From the NCBI RefSeq assembly GCF_001194135.2, contig NC_068989.1, forward strand, positions 86,819,623 through 86,856,010: DNA of 36,388 bases. The letters run 5' to 3'. Source of the DNA: Octopus bimaculoides (taxonomy: Eukaryota). The notes under the pieces were generated by a model. It was not told the DNA's origin. It made no database searches and saw only the letters and a list, made by a program, of their open reading frames with translations. Below, piece after piece: positions 23,671 to 35,728 of the stretch (the stretch's first letter is position 1; each line of letters begins with the position of its first letter). The position numbers and the translations under genes were made by a program.

Positions 23671-23752
23671 CTTTCCCTGATGAGAAGGTTACAATTTTAA
23701 TATCAAAGATCCCTATGGATCACACAGGTTGTAATCCTTTGAAACATATGTA
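23671..23752 (+). ncRNA. Minimal type I hammerhead ribozyme motif, canonical core (3' strand of stem I hidden in gap)
   Basis: CUUUCC-CUGAUGA(23677-23683)-GAAGGUUACAA..UUGUAAUCCUUU (11 bp, 1 bulge)-GAAA(23741-23744)-C-AUAU-G-UA(23752), then Ns. Shares CCTGATGAGAAG and GAAACATATGT with 8801-8890. Confidence 0.7.
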
Positions 23753-24182
23753 NNNNNNNNNNNNNNNNNNNNNNNNNNNNNNNNNNNNNNNNNNNNNNNN
23801 NNNNNNNNNNNNNNNNNNNNNNNNNNNNNNNNNNNNNNNNNNNNNNNNNNNNNNNNNNNNNNNNNNNNNNNNNNNNNNNNNNNNNNNNNNNNNNNNNNNN
23901 NNNNNNNNNNNNNNNNNNNNNNNNNNNNNNNNNNNNNNNNNNNNNNNNNNNNNNNNNNNNNNNNNNNNNNNNNNNNNNNNNNNNNNNNNNNNNNNNNNNN
24001 NNNNNNNNNNNNNNNNNNNNNNNNNNNNNNNNNNNNNNNNNNNNNNNNNNNNNNNNNNNNNNNNNNNNNNNNNNNNNNNNNNNNNNNNNNNNNNNNNNNN
24101 NNNNNNNNNNNNNNNNNNNNNNNNNNNNNNNNNNNNNNNNNNNNNNNNNNNNNNNNNNNNNNNNNNNNNNNNNNNNNNNNNN

Positions 24183-24214
<32 letters not shown>

Positions 24215-25164
24215 TATATACGTATATATATATATGTATGTATTTAAAATTATAAATAAGGGTATGCAAGAGATACTACCATACTTGAAATAGCAATCAA
24301 AATCTGACTCTAAAACCACTGCAAGTATTCAATATAGCACAGGGTGAATAAGCGAAAAGACAAATAATTTAGTTATATGTATATTATATATATTTTGGTG
24401 TGAGAACTAAATTAACAAAAGTATGCGACCACCCCTACCTCTCGCATACCCACCGCTCTAATTCTGCGCTTTGAATACTGAAAATATAAGGAATTCTAAA
24501 CTTCTTTTAATGCCATTAACTTTGTATTGGTTAAATATTACCTATATAAAATTTTGTAAATGACATGCACACCCCCGCCTCCGCCTGAAAACAAAACAGT
24601 TATTGAAATCTTTACTTATTTATATTGTATGTATTATTTTTTTTATTAAAAAAGCCTATATTCAGAAAAGTACTTTCAAAGTAAAAAAAAAATTAATTCT
24701 TAATGTCTATTATGATATTCAATAAAAAAAAAAAACCATGCATGAACCTCAAACGAAATACATGAACAGTGAACACTATAAAATACGCATTAATAGTATT
24801 TACTATTTAATTAAATGACCCTTGTCTTTTCCAGTCAATGTGAGGTAAACTTTGTCTTGATTTCTGTACATTTAATATGAATTTGTGCCTACTTTCTTAG
24901 CCTAATTCTGACATAAGAAGCTTTTGTCATTAAATTGATAGTGTACTCGACTCATTTGCTATGACAAGGAAGTAGTACCTGCTATGACAGTTAGATCTTT
25001 TTTTTGTTTATCATAACAGGTGCAGGTACATATATCAAACATTTCATTGAACTCCTCTAATTTCTTATTAAAACTAGCTGCTCTTTGCTTCATAGGTATT
25101 TTGTTTAATTTCTAAGTAGATTCAATCTCTCAATTTTTAGAGCTATTCCCTCAAACACAATATA

Positions 25165-25351
25165 GACGCTTTAGGAAGTTTCTTGGAGTCTCAAACAAAA
25201 GGGTTCCTCTACGCCAGGATAATAGCGCTTCAGCACCACTGGAGAAAGTGTTCAGCCATCGAGGGGGACTATGTTGAAAAATAAATCATGAGAAGTCTTG
25301 TACTATGTTTTGTTTTTTTTGAGGCTCAAGACTTTTCATACACCCCTCGTA
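25165..25351 (+). mobile_element. Mariner transposon 3' end with terminal inverted repeat
   Basis: DALGSFLESQTKGFLYARIIALQHHWRKCSAIEGDYVEK* (25165-25284) fits the mariner C-terminal W.KC...GDYVEK motif. It is followed by GACTTTTCATACACCCCTCGTA, the reverse complement of a mariner-type TIR (TACGAGGGGTG..) ending in TA. Confidence 0.82.
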
Positions 25352-25385
25352 TGTATATATATATGTGTGTGTATGTGTGTACATA

Positions 25386-25539
25386 GGTCTCAAATTTTGG
25401 CACAAGACCAGCAAGTTCGAAGGAGGTGGCCAAGTCGATTGCATTGATCCTAGTGCTTAGTGCTCAACTGGTCTTTATTTCCTCGACCCGAAAGGATGAA
25501 AGGCAAAGTCGATCCAGCGACATTTGAACTCAGAGCGCC
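25386..25539 (-). mobile_element. tRNA-derived SINE, family B, 5'-truncated
   Basis: Reverse complement CTGAGTTCAAATGTCGCTGGATCGACTTTGCCTTTCATCCTTTCGGGTCGAGG..GTGCCAAAATTTGAGACC matches 26735-26951. Confidence 0.78.
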
Positions 25540-25861
25540 TTATATATTGGTAACAATAATGCATTAAGTCAGAAGAAATAAAGGAACTGTTCCGTAGTTT
25601 ATTTCTACACAGGTAAAGTAAGTCTTTAGATCAAATATTGCAAGGAAGTGAAATAAACTAAAGTAAAGTTCATCATTTTTTGTGCCTAAACTTATTATTA
25701 TTATACTCAACAGATTAGACTGTTGGAAAAGAAAAGAATCCTAACATCAGGCTACAAGATGCTTTAGATGTCACGAAACTTCCTATCGGGTTACGGCAAG
25801 TAAACTTAGATGCCAAGGTCCCTCCTAGGTATCTTAGGTGTCCCTAATAACACTGTATTCT

Positions 25862-26100
25862 GCAGACGAAATACCGCTAAAGGCTTAGCGGTATTTCGTC
25901 TGCGATACGTTCCGAGTTCAAATTCCGCCGAGGAAGACTTTGCCCTTCATCCTTTCGGGGTCGATAAATTAAGTACCAATTGAATACGGGGGGGNNNNNN
26001 NNNNNNNNNNNNNNNNNNNNNNNNGGGGGGGGGGGGGTCGATGTAATCGACTCATCAACCCTCCCAAAATGTCTGCCCTTGTGGAAAAATTTTTCTACCT
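25862..26100 (+). mobile_element. SINE family B, array copy 1 (5'-truncated with inverted duplication)
   Basis: TTAGCGGTATTTCGTCTGC..GAGTTCAAATTCCGCCGAGG..CCTTCATCCTTTCGGGGTCGATAAATTAAGTACCA; small internal gap; followed by (ATT)n. Confidence 0.88.
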
Positions 26101-26102
26101 TG

Positions 26103-26245
<143 letters not shown>

Positions 26246-26460
26246 TAAGGCTATGAACTGGCAGACTCGTTAGCGTACCGGGCTAAATACCTAGCAGTAT
26301 TTCGCCTGTCGTTAGGTTCTGAGTTCAAATTCCTCCGAGATCAATTTTGCCTTTCATCCTTTCAGGGTCGATAAATTAAGTACCAGTGAAATACTGGGGT
26401 CGATGTAAACGACTCGTCCCTTCCCCCACAATGACTGCTCTTGTGGCAAGATTTGAAACC
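26246..26460 (+). mobile_element. SINE family B, array copy 2
   Basis: TAAGGCTATGAACTGGCAGA head, GAGTTCAAATTCC B-box-like, GCCTTTCATCCTTTCAGGGTCGATAAATTAAGTACCAG centre (resembles the Nin/Deu-type SINE domain, from memory), TTTGAAACC end. Confidence 0.9.
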
Positions 26461-26503
26461 ATTATTATTGTTATTATTATTATCATTATTATTATTGTTG
26501 GCT

Positions 26504-26715
26504 CAGACGGTGAGCTGGCAGAATCATTAGTACACCGGTAACAATATTTAGCTGCATTTCATCTATCTCCATGTTCTGAGTTCAAATACCGCTGAGAAAG
26601 ACTTTGCCTCTCATGCTTTCGGGAACGATAAAATAAGTACCAGTTGAAGACTCGGGTTGATGTAATCAACTCATCCACACCTCCCCCAAGCTGCCCTGGT
26701 GGCAAAAATTTGAAA
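26504..26715 (+). mobile_element. SINE family B, array copy 3 (more diverged)
   Basis: CGGTGAGCTGGCAGAATCATTAG..CTGAGTTCAAATACCGC..GATAAAATAAGTACCAG..AAAATTTGAAA, colinear with its neighbours. Confidence 0.88.
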
Positions 26716-26734
26716 TAATAACAATTATTATTGT

Positions 26735-26951
26735 TAAGGCGGTGAGCTGGCAGAAACGTTAGCACGCCGAGCGGAATGCTTAGTGGTATTTCGTCTGCTG
26801 TTACGTTCTGAGTTCAAATTCCGCCGAGGTCGACTTTACCTTTCATCCTCTCGGTGTCGATAAATTAAGTACCAGTCAGATACTGTTGTTGATGTAACCG
26901 ACTAGTGCCACCTCCCACAAAATGGTTGCCCTTGTGGCAAAATTTGAAACC
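26735..26951 (+). mobile_element. SINE family B, array copy 4
   Basis: TAAGGCGGTGAGCTGGCAGAAACGTTAGC..GAGTTCAAATTCCGCCGAGGTCGACTTT..AAAATTTGAAACC followed by an (ATT)n tail. Confidence 0.92.
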
Positions 26952-27004
26952 ATTATTATTATTATTGTTATTATTATTACCGATATAATAGTGTGTACAC
27001 TATG

Positions 27005-27090
27005 ATTTATCTTTTACTCGTTTCAGTAAGTAGTGTACGACCATTCTGGTGCATCATCTTGTAATGTTTCGTTGGACAAATCGGACAATA
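27005..27090 (-). mobile_element. Isolated SINE family A-like 3' tail
   Basis: Reverse complement GTCCGATTTGTCCAAC..GCACCAGAATGGTCGTAC..ACTGAAACGAGTAAAAGATAAA resembles the family A tail. Confidence 0.45.
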
Positions 27091-27933
27091 CTTAGTGCGT
27101 CGTACCTTGTAGCCGAACTGCGAAGTTGCAGGAAAGTAAATCAAATAAACAACGGTTGAGATAGTTACCTACAAACACACGTACGCCCAGACAAAACCAG
27201 ACAAAACCAAACATAGGGCAGCATTTTCTGAAATTCTTATTGGCTGCTGGTTGTCGTTTGAACAGACACGGCGTACACGGCGGGGAAAGCAATAAAGGGC
27301 AGATTTATAAGTACATGACAGGATACACAAAAACATAGATCTCAAATAGATCAATAAATACTTATTTTTTAGTATTGCTTAGCTTCAATTTTGATAAAAA
27401 CGAAGGAAAGTAAAACTGTACCGTACGCAATAGCTACGTCAAAAGCACCATCGACTATAACGAAAGACGAACATTTCTAGAACGAAGAAAAAAAGTACCG
27501 AATGTAAACCTATGTACTAGACTGCAAGAATAGGAAGAAAAACGGCATTGATAACAAGAAGAAGAACAGAAACACTAACAACAACAACAACATAAACAGC
27601 AACAGACGATAGGAATAAGAGTGAAAGCATTTTGAACTATTCTAACAATGGTTCCGGGATCTGTTGTGATAGATAAGTGGTATTTCCGATTTTTCACTAC
27701 TTAATATTATTTACATATTGTGTAAGTGCTTATGTGCGCGCGCGTGTGTGTGTATGTGTGTTTGTCTGTATTTGCATGTGCGTGTGTGCGTGTATACACA
27801 CAAACGCGTATCCATATATACACACAGGTTCACGCAGTTATAAAGCTTTGTGTACCCCTCTGCATCTACCCGACGTTTATGTAGTAAATACGCTTACATG
27901 TATGCATGTATATGTGTGTATGTATATATATCT

Positions 27934-27982
<49 letters not shown>

Positions 27983-28887
27983 NNNNNNNNNNNNNNNNNN
28001 NNNNNNNNNNNNNNNNNNNNNNNNNNNNNNNNNNNNNNNNNNNNNNNNNNNNNNNNNNNNNNNNNNNNNNNNNNNNNNNNNNNNNNNNNNNNNNNNNNNN
28101 NNNNNNNNNNNNNNNNNNNNNNNNNNNNNNNNNNNNNNNNNNNNNNNNNNNNNNNNNNNNNNNNNNNNNNNNNNNNNNNNNNNNNNNNNNNNNNNNNNNN
28201 NNNNNNNNNNNNNNNNNNNNNNNNNNNNNNNNNNNNNNNNNNNNNNNNNNNNNNNNNNNNNNNNNNNNNNNNNNNNNNNNNNNNNNNNNNNNNNNNNNNN
28301 NNNNNNNNNNNNNNNNNNNNNNNNNNNNNNNNNNNNNNNNNNNNNNNNNNNNNNNNNNNNNNNNNNNNNNNNNNNNNNNNNNNNNNNNNNNNNNNNNNNN
28401 NNNNNNNNNNNNNNNNNNNNNNNNNNNNNNNNNNNNNNNNNNNNNNNNNNNNNNNNNNNNNNNNNNNNNNNNNNNNNNNNNNNNNNNNNNNNNNNNNNNN
28501 NNNNNNNNNNNNNNNNNNNNNNNNNNNNNNNNNNNNNNNNNNNNNNNNNNNNNNNNNNNNNNNNNNNNNNNNNNNNNNNNNNNNNNNNNNNNNNNNNNNN
28601 NNNNNNNNNNNNNNNNNNNNNNNNNNNNNNNNNNNNNNNNNNNNNNNNNNNNNNNNNNNNNNNNNNNNNNNNNNNNNNNNNNNNNNNNNNNNNNNNNNNN
28701 NNNNNNNNNNNNNNNNNNNNNNNNNNNNNNNNNNNNNNNNNNNNNNNNNNNNNNNNNNNNNNNNNNNNNNNNNNNNNNNNNNNNNNNNNNNNNNNNNNNN
28801 NNNNNNNNNNNNNNNNNNNNNNNNNNNNNNNNNNNNNNNNNNNNNNNNNNNNNNNNNNNNNNNNNNNNNNNNNNNNNNNNNNNNNNN

Positions 28888-28918
<31 letters not shown>

Positions 28919-28990
28919 ACGTCCTCACGTTGTTGTTTTTTGTTGTCTTTTTTTTATCTTTTTCCTTTTTTGAACTTATATATATATATA

Positions 28991-29950
28991 TGCACCTCCT
29001 GTCGCGAAGTTGGTTTATCTGGGACACCTGATAGCAAGAGGTCTATCTTTATTTTAAAGACACCTACATCCACCCCATGCAGGTCTCTCAGGTCCATTGG
29101 GAGGATATTGAAGAGCTGTGGACCTCTGAAGCCCAGGCTATGGCAATATCTTGGCCTACATCTTGATGGCAAATTTGGAGTCCTTTGCACTATGCAATGA
29201 CGCCCAGTTCTAGTATTTGTGTGACTCTCGATGCCAAAGTTTGGAACAAGTCTTTCCAGGATCTTCCAGATGTATATTATGGCATATCTTTCTCGCCTAC
29301 GCTCTAAGGAATAGAGTCTGAATCTCTTGAGTCTTTACCAGTAGCTTATATGTTGCATAGAGGCTATCTTCTTCGTGTAGCTTCCTTGGATTGCCTCATG
29401 TTCTGAGATTAATTTGACACTGGTTGGTGCCCATATCTGAGAGCAATAGTCAAAGTGGATTAAGGACAAGTATCCTCCAGAGGACTATCATAGTTTCCTG
29501 ATCTTTTGCTCTAAAAGTTCTAAGAATCCATCTGGTCAACCGCCTACATTTCATTGTCAATTTAGCAACATGCATACGGAATGATGTAACATTTCTCATG
29601 TGAGTGCCCAGGTCTCGCACTGACTGTGCCTTTGGGATTGCAATCCCTCCAGGTCCAGTGTATTTAATGAGTATTGCATTTAGTTTTGTATGCTGATAGC
29701 ACAAGGCTTGAAACGTTTCAGCATTGAACTACATGCTAATCAATTCAGCCCACTTCTATATTTCATCCAGTTCACATTGCAGGTGCATAGTGTCTTCAGG
29801 GTTCTGTATTACCTGAGAGACTTTTGTATCATCTGCGTAATTTGTGATTGTGGCTCTCGGTGTGGCTGAGGGCATGTCTGAGAGGGCCATTATGAACAGT
29901 AGTGGTCCCAAAACAGTGCCTTGTGGAACACCGCTCACTATTTGCGTGTC
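28991..29950 (-). mobile_element. CR1-like LINE ORF2 fragment (RT C-terminal half), degenerate
   Basis: SGVPQGTVLGPLLFIMALSDMP..TNYADDTKVSQ..VRDLG..ILRTFR..LERRRERYAIIYIWKIL..SLGFRGPQLFNILP; contains stops and frameshifts; cut by (TA)n at 28990. Confidence 0.9.
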
Positions 29951-30185
29951 ATTGCCGACATTATGTTTCTGGTATTCAGCTTTGAAGCCAATACTTGTCT
30001 CACTCGCTGCTGGTATTCTCTTCTTGTATTTTCCTTCATGTCATTGCGTTTGATTCCATCTGTCTCAAGTATTCCCAGGTATTTAGAGCTGGATTGAGGT
30101 TGAATTGCCTTCACATTTCACCACATGGCAACCATATGCCTTCTGTCCGTCAGTTTGGCAAGCCTCGTGTAATCTCTTTGCGTGA
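29951..30185 (-). mobile_element. R4/Dong-like LINE RT fragment
   Basis: RTEGIWLPCGEM / KAIQPQSSKYLGILETDGIKRNDMKENTRREYQQRVRQVLASKLNTRNIMSA fits the R4-clade pattern YKYLGILE.D.IK...MK....EY..R.R..L.SKLN..N (recalled, not searched). Confidence 0.68.
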
Positions 30186-30647
30186 ACTTTAGCGTACACT
30201 CTTGAAATTCCTACCATTGTGGGCTATAAGTTAATTGGTGTCTACTGGTGAGTTTCTTTTCTCGTGGTATCCCTTATTTAGGGAGAACATATCAATTAAT
30301 TTATTTTTCATTCAATATTTCTTTTCGTTTTCTCGCTAACATGGAGAAAACGGAATGCGGTGACGCTTGTATGTGAGAGGGGTGGGAAGAAGAACATCAC
30401 AAGATCTCATTCAGAGAGGGTGAGAGCGCGACGCGCTATGTCGATCCATCTCAAAAAGCAGACGACAAGTCTGCTTTTAGCAACAAAGAGCTGGAAATTT
30501 GTGATCAGGCCTCTCTTAACAAGAGAAAACTCTTGACAGACCTTTCAATCAACAACAACAGTTACACTGTGTTTCAAGTAGAAATGAGTTGAAGCAAATA
30601 ACAGCTACGACGAACAAAGGGTAAACAATGCAAAACCTCTCGTCTGT

Positions 30648-31080
30648 GTGTCAACAGGCAGAGGCGACACATCAAAGTCTTTGTTAGACACAAAAAGAAA
30701 CAGTAACAACAACAGCAACGACGACGACAACGACGATGAAAGAACTGACCAACAAACCAGTACAACGGCTTTGGAAAACACCAGTCTCTCTTTCGCTAGT
30801 GCCACCAATTCCTCTTTTCAGAGAATAAAATTCTCTGAAGAGGAAATTAAAAATGCTCGACTGTTAGTCAAATGAGTTGGACAAATTGTCAATCTGAAGA
30901 CACCAATGGACACTACCCTTCATATGTTACACCACACAGCGTCGTACTGTATAATTAGATTGCAGTCGAGGAGTATGGAAAGAGCCACAGTGTCTCGAAT
31001 TCGAAAGGCGTTAGGGTCCGTTGGGAACCAAAAGGAGTACATGCAAAAGGGAAAGGGATATATTGGACAATGAAAGTAAG
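30648..31080 (+). pseudogene. Possible ORF1 N-terminal remnant of the adjacent Tx1-like LINE
   Basis: The 75-aa ORF continues in frame past the TGA at 30873 for ~65 more codons (VGQIVNLKTPMDTTLH..YIGQ); it has a low-complexity N-terminus and lies on the same strand directly upstream of the RT. No diagnostic motif. Confidence 0.35.
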
Positions 31081-31089
31081 ATTTCAAAC

Positions 31090-32110
31090 AGTAGGGAAGC
31101 GCAGACATGAGCCATCCCGAAAAGATTCATCCACAAAAACCTCCACTTCATGCGATACATCATTGATAAAATTAGCTAAAGAACCTGGCACGGGTGAGGG
31201 TCTGATCAATTTAGATCAAATCTAAAGCTTTCGATTGTGTCGACCATCTATCTATTCGTGGGGGTGGTCCTCATGGCAGCAGGTTTCGAGCCTATTTTCA
31301 TGGGCTGGATCGCTGCCATGTACAACGACATTAGTTCAGCGGTCAGAGTGAACGGTCACCTCTAAGGACCGTTTAACATAATGCGCTCGGTCTACCAAGG
31401 TTTCCCCCTGTCATCCTTATTGCATGTACCGAATCTCGAGCTACCACTACACAAGTTGAACATATTGAAGGGCTTCTCGCGTGACATGGGACGTGGGAGT
31501 TCCATGTCGGCATTTGCCGGGGACGTCACCGTAGGGGTGTCAAAAAATAAACGCACCAAGATGATTGGCACTGCTCTCAGGGACTACTAGACAAGGTCAG
31601 GGGCGAAGATTAACAAGGGAAATCGGGGGTGGGCATGAGGCTCGGCAGTTGGAGAAGTAAATCCATGCCGTCCAACTACGTCGGGGCTGGACGAAAGAAC
31701 CGGTTAAATTCCTCGGGTTCTGGTTTGGTCCAGATCTCCTGGTGGAGAAGAATTGGGGTGAGGTGATAACCAGTGTGGCCAACCTCACCCAGAAATGGGC
31801 AGAGAGAAAGCTATCTGCGAAAGGTCGGACAGAGGTCGCAGATGCCTACATCGTATCCGTCATATACTATCGCCTGATCGTCATACCCTGCTTCAGTTAA
31901 CATCTGACCAAACTGCAGCGCACACTCTTCCACTGTCTGTGGAAGGGGCGCTTTCCCCTGGTCAAGCGTTCCATTTGCTGTCAACACCTGTTGAATGGAG
32001 GACAGGGCATGCTGTGGCTACTGACACGCAGACATGCGCTGAGACTACGACATCTCCAGCGTTTCTCTACGACGAGCAGGTGTGGTTGACGTTTGTCAGA
32101 CACGATTTCT
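31090..32110 (+). mobile_element. Tx1/L1-like LINE reverse transcriptase fragment, degenerate
   Basis: AQT*AIPKRFIHKNLHFMRYII..LDQSKAFD..SVYQGFPLSSLL..SAFAGDVT..VKFLGFWFGP..QKWAERKLSAKGR..LWKGRFPLVKRSICCQH..RHALRLRHLQ, with multiple stops and frameshifts. Confidence 0.88.
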
Positions 32111-33917
32111 TTTATAATTCCTGTTTTTGTGTAAGCTGCAGTCCTAGATCAAGCTTTTGACTTTCGTTGCTAATTCTAGAGATCTCATTTGCGACTTCCA
32201 TTAATCGTGAAGACAATCTGTCGAAATTTTGTTCAATTCGTTCTATTCAATAAACAGAATCAATCTCTATTACAAATCACATCGCACTCTGCTTATTGTT
32301 TATTATAATTATAATCATAATTATTATCATCATCGTCATCATCATGAGAGCGGCAGCAACAATGATAAAAAGTAAAGCAACGAAAAGTAAGCTACATTTA
32401 TATTTTGCAGATTTAAAAAAAAATTTTAATATTTTGCTTTTGAAAAAATATTTATATTCAAAAAAAAAAAAAAAAGAAGAAACCTTTGTGAAATTTGTGA
32501 AATATAGCGAGATTACTTAAAACTCTCAATGAGTCTGGAGAGGAATTGAAGTTAATAGTTATAACCTAATAATTACATATATTGCGAACAGAAATGTTAT
32601 TGAAAATGAAATACAATACATACGCTTATGCATGTGTGTGTGTGTATGTGTGTATGAGTGTGTGTCTCTGCGAGTGTGAGCGAATAGATATGTGTGAGCA
32701 CGTATATATATATCTGTTTGTGTGTGTGTGTGTGTGTGTGTGCACTCTTTTTCCCACCGACCCTGTCGCCCTGATGGTAAATAATTATCTGCTCTTAACG
32801 CATTGGGCTCCTAGACTATTTGTCTAAGTCATGTTTCCTTTCCTTTTCCTTCTTCGTTGTATGCTCTTGTTTTTCACTCTAATGAAGATCCGTTGCCTTT
32901 ATTCGAATGCCCAATGAAGATGAAGAATTCTATTCTCCCATTTATGTATAGACTGCATTTTAGCAGTCTGATCAGTGGGGCTAGAAATTTAAATTACATT
33001 TTTTTTTTTGCTTGCTGCTTAAATTCCTGCAATAGACCATCGCATAATCATTCCATAACATATGTTTACGGCGAGTAAAATATTGAAAACCATCAACACA
33101 TATCAGAGAGAGTCAAAGAAACGGGGAAAGTACGAGATGGCTGTGGGATGTGCTAGAAACAACAGCTAAATCTTCCTTAAATCACACTCCTTTTTGTATG
33201 AAAATTATTTTGAAATTATAACCAGAATGAAATTGTAGATTCGAACTCTCCATATTTTAAAACTATGATGAAAATTATATTCGGAAATAATGCGAAATTT
33301 TGGGATTTAATGAACCGGTGGAATTAATGAAAAATTAAAAAAGATTTCAATATTGTTTTTAAATTACGCTTCAGTTTCTGTTTAAAAATAAAGGAAGTGG
33401 TGATTATAATGGTGAACTCGGAATTCCAAATTTCCATTATTATTTTTCTTTCTAAACTTCAAGGCTTTTCCCATCGTTTTTAAGTTCGTAGTGCAAAAAA
33501 AAAAATTAAATAAAAATTAAATGGCCAACATTGGTAGTGAGTGGATGAGCGGGGTTGGAAGAGTTCGTAAATTTTCAATTTTCTGTTGTCTTTTTTACTG
33601 AAAAGACGTCTCTCATTGTTTCTGTGTTATGCAGAATAAAAAAAAAATTAAAGGAAAAATGGATAAAATCGGTCAGGAAGGGGAGACTCATACATTTTCA
33701 AATTATTTCTTTCATAACTGCTTCCCCACAGTGAGTTGGTGAAAAACAATTGAAACATCCTCGTCAAAACCGAAAATCCAACTTATGAGAATGTGCAATT
33801 CCGAAAGCCCGGCAACNNNNNNNNNNNNNNNNNNNNNNNNNNNNNNNNNNNNNNNNNNNNNNNNNNNNNNNNNNNNNNNNNNNNNNNNNNNNNNNNNNNN
33901 NNNNNNNNNNNNNNNNC

Positions 33918-34690
33918 AATGCACAGGTTGTTATTTGTGCAGAATTCTAAGAGTCTCTGGCCATTCTCATTAATTTTGCCCAGTCCAAACTGTCGAAGGC
34001 AGTTGGGCTATGCTTGGTTATCGGCGCCTACTCTTGCATTGAAATCGCCGATGATGAGAAAGAGTTGGTCTGCCTTTGGGACACTGTTGATCACATTCTG
34101 ATGTTCCTCGTAAAACTGATCTTTCTTCTCATTTTCTGCTGTTAGAATCGGGGCATGGGCACTAATGAGATGGGCCCTTCCAGTTTTAGTCCCCACTTCC
34201 ATGTTCAGCAATCTGTTTTGTACTGCCGACCGCACACCATGGATTCTCCTCTCATCTTTCTCAAGGTCCTTCCAGAAGAATGTGTGATTCCTTTCCCTAA
34301 TGGAACCACAGTCAGCAAGTCTTGTATTTTGCAGGGCAGCGATGTCTACATTCAGTCGTGTGAGCTTCCTGTCAATGACTGCCGTTTTCCTGATGTCCTC
34401 TGTTTTGTCCAGGTCGGTAATGTCCATTCCAGTTGTCATTGTTCTGACATTCCGGGTCCCCAATTTCAATGGGGGCAACTTCAATTTTCTTCCTCTTTTG
34501 CCAGGTGCTGGGCTTTACGTCTGGTTGTCGGTTTTGTCCTAGTTCCATACACCCTTAGCAGCGGACAGACGTGGTGGATCAGCACCTTACTGACTGGGGA
34601 CTGCCCAGTTTAAGACGGGGAGCAGCTGATCAGTGCGATTGAATAATCATTCCCATCGTCGAAGATGACCCGTAGCGACATCCCGCTTCA
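33918..34690 (-). mobile_element. RTE-like LINE 5' part: UTR and apurinic endonuclease domain
   Basis: LGTRNVRTM..DIAALQNTRL..ISAHAP..IGDFNARVGAD..*..GLGKINENGQRLLEFCTNNNLCI; the 3' remainder is in the gap or lost. The 5' boundary is approximate. Confidence 0.9.
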
Positions 34691-35182
34691 CCAAATAATG
34701 ATGCCTTACCACCCGCAAACTGCCACTTCTGTATTGTTCCTCCTTCCCGTTACAGCAAGGATGAAGTGTCCTCTCCATATGCTCTCTCTCTCTCTCTCTC
34801 TCTCACTCTCTCTTTGCAGCGTCCTCCCAGAAATTCTAAGTCCTTGGCTAAGCTAAATGCGTTGGTTCTGAATGTATGGAGAACGTGCCTTACTCAGTTT
34901 GCACGATCCCCTTCTCGACTTCACTGACTTACTCCAAGGAGAGACAAAGTCAATACATTTGGAACCAGCAAAGTTTCAGGGGCTGCCAGAGGATAGTTTG
35001 GATCATTCCTCTCCATCCACTGCCTTAGGGGCCCTCTCTCCGGATTTTCCGTTTGGATTTACTCCCTTAGTCTTTCATACTCCTGTATGTGTCTACAAGG
35101 CAGCAGAAACAGCCGCAGGTTGTACCATCTACTGTCATTCTGGTAGCAGCACTAGTCTGACCTGACAAAGACACACACGCAT

Positions 35183-35215
<33 letters not shown>

Positions 35216-35595
35216 AACACACACACACAGAGACACACACACACAAGGATATACATAAAAAAATTAAGTGTAAAATGATAGATATAGATAAGATACGCCA
35301 TTGAGAAATAGAAAATAATATCTATACATAAAAGTAAAAATTTATAAATAGAAATGTGATATATATATATATCAATATTAACATTAAAAAGCAGATTACT
35401 ATTATTTAGAATCGAGGTAATACCTCATCTCTACTTAATTAATTATTAGATGGTCACTAATTAAGACCACTCAAAAATTGTAGTCTGTTATTCTCTTAGA
35501 TATTCTTGTTAATAGTGACAACATGAATTTCTGCCATTCTCTTCCTCTAGGCACGAAGTGCAAAACGTATATGTGTGTGTATGTCTGTGTGTGTG

Positions 35596-35671
<76 letters not shown>

Positions 35672-35728
35672 TGTGTGCTTGTGTTTGTTTGTGTGTATAC
35701 TGCACTTCATGATTGAGGCTCAGTTGAA

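Noticed and set aside
27055-27090. Minus-strand UUGU-CCGAUUU..GAAACAUU-ACAA hammerhead look-alike
   Set aside because: Core lacks G8/A9, and the segment is explained as a SINE tail.
33700-33816. Strong-looking splice acceptor (..CTTCCCCACAG) before ENPTYENV-like codons
   Set aside because: All three frames hit a stop within 7 codons of the AG.
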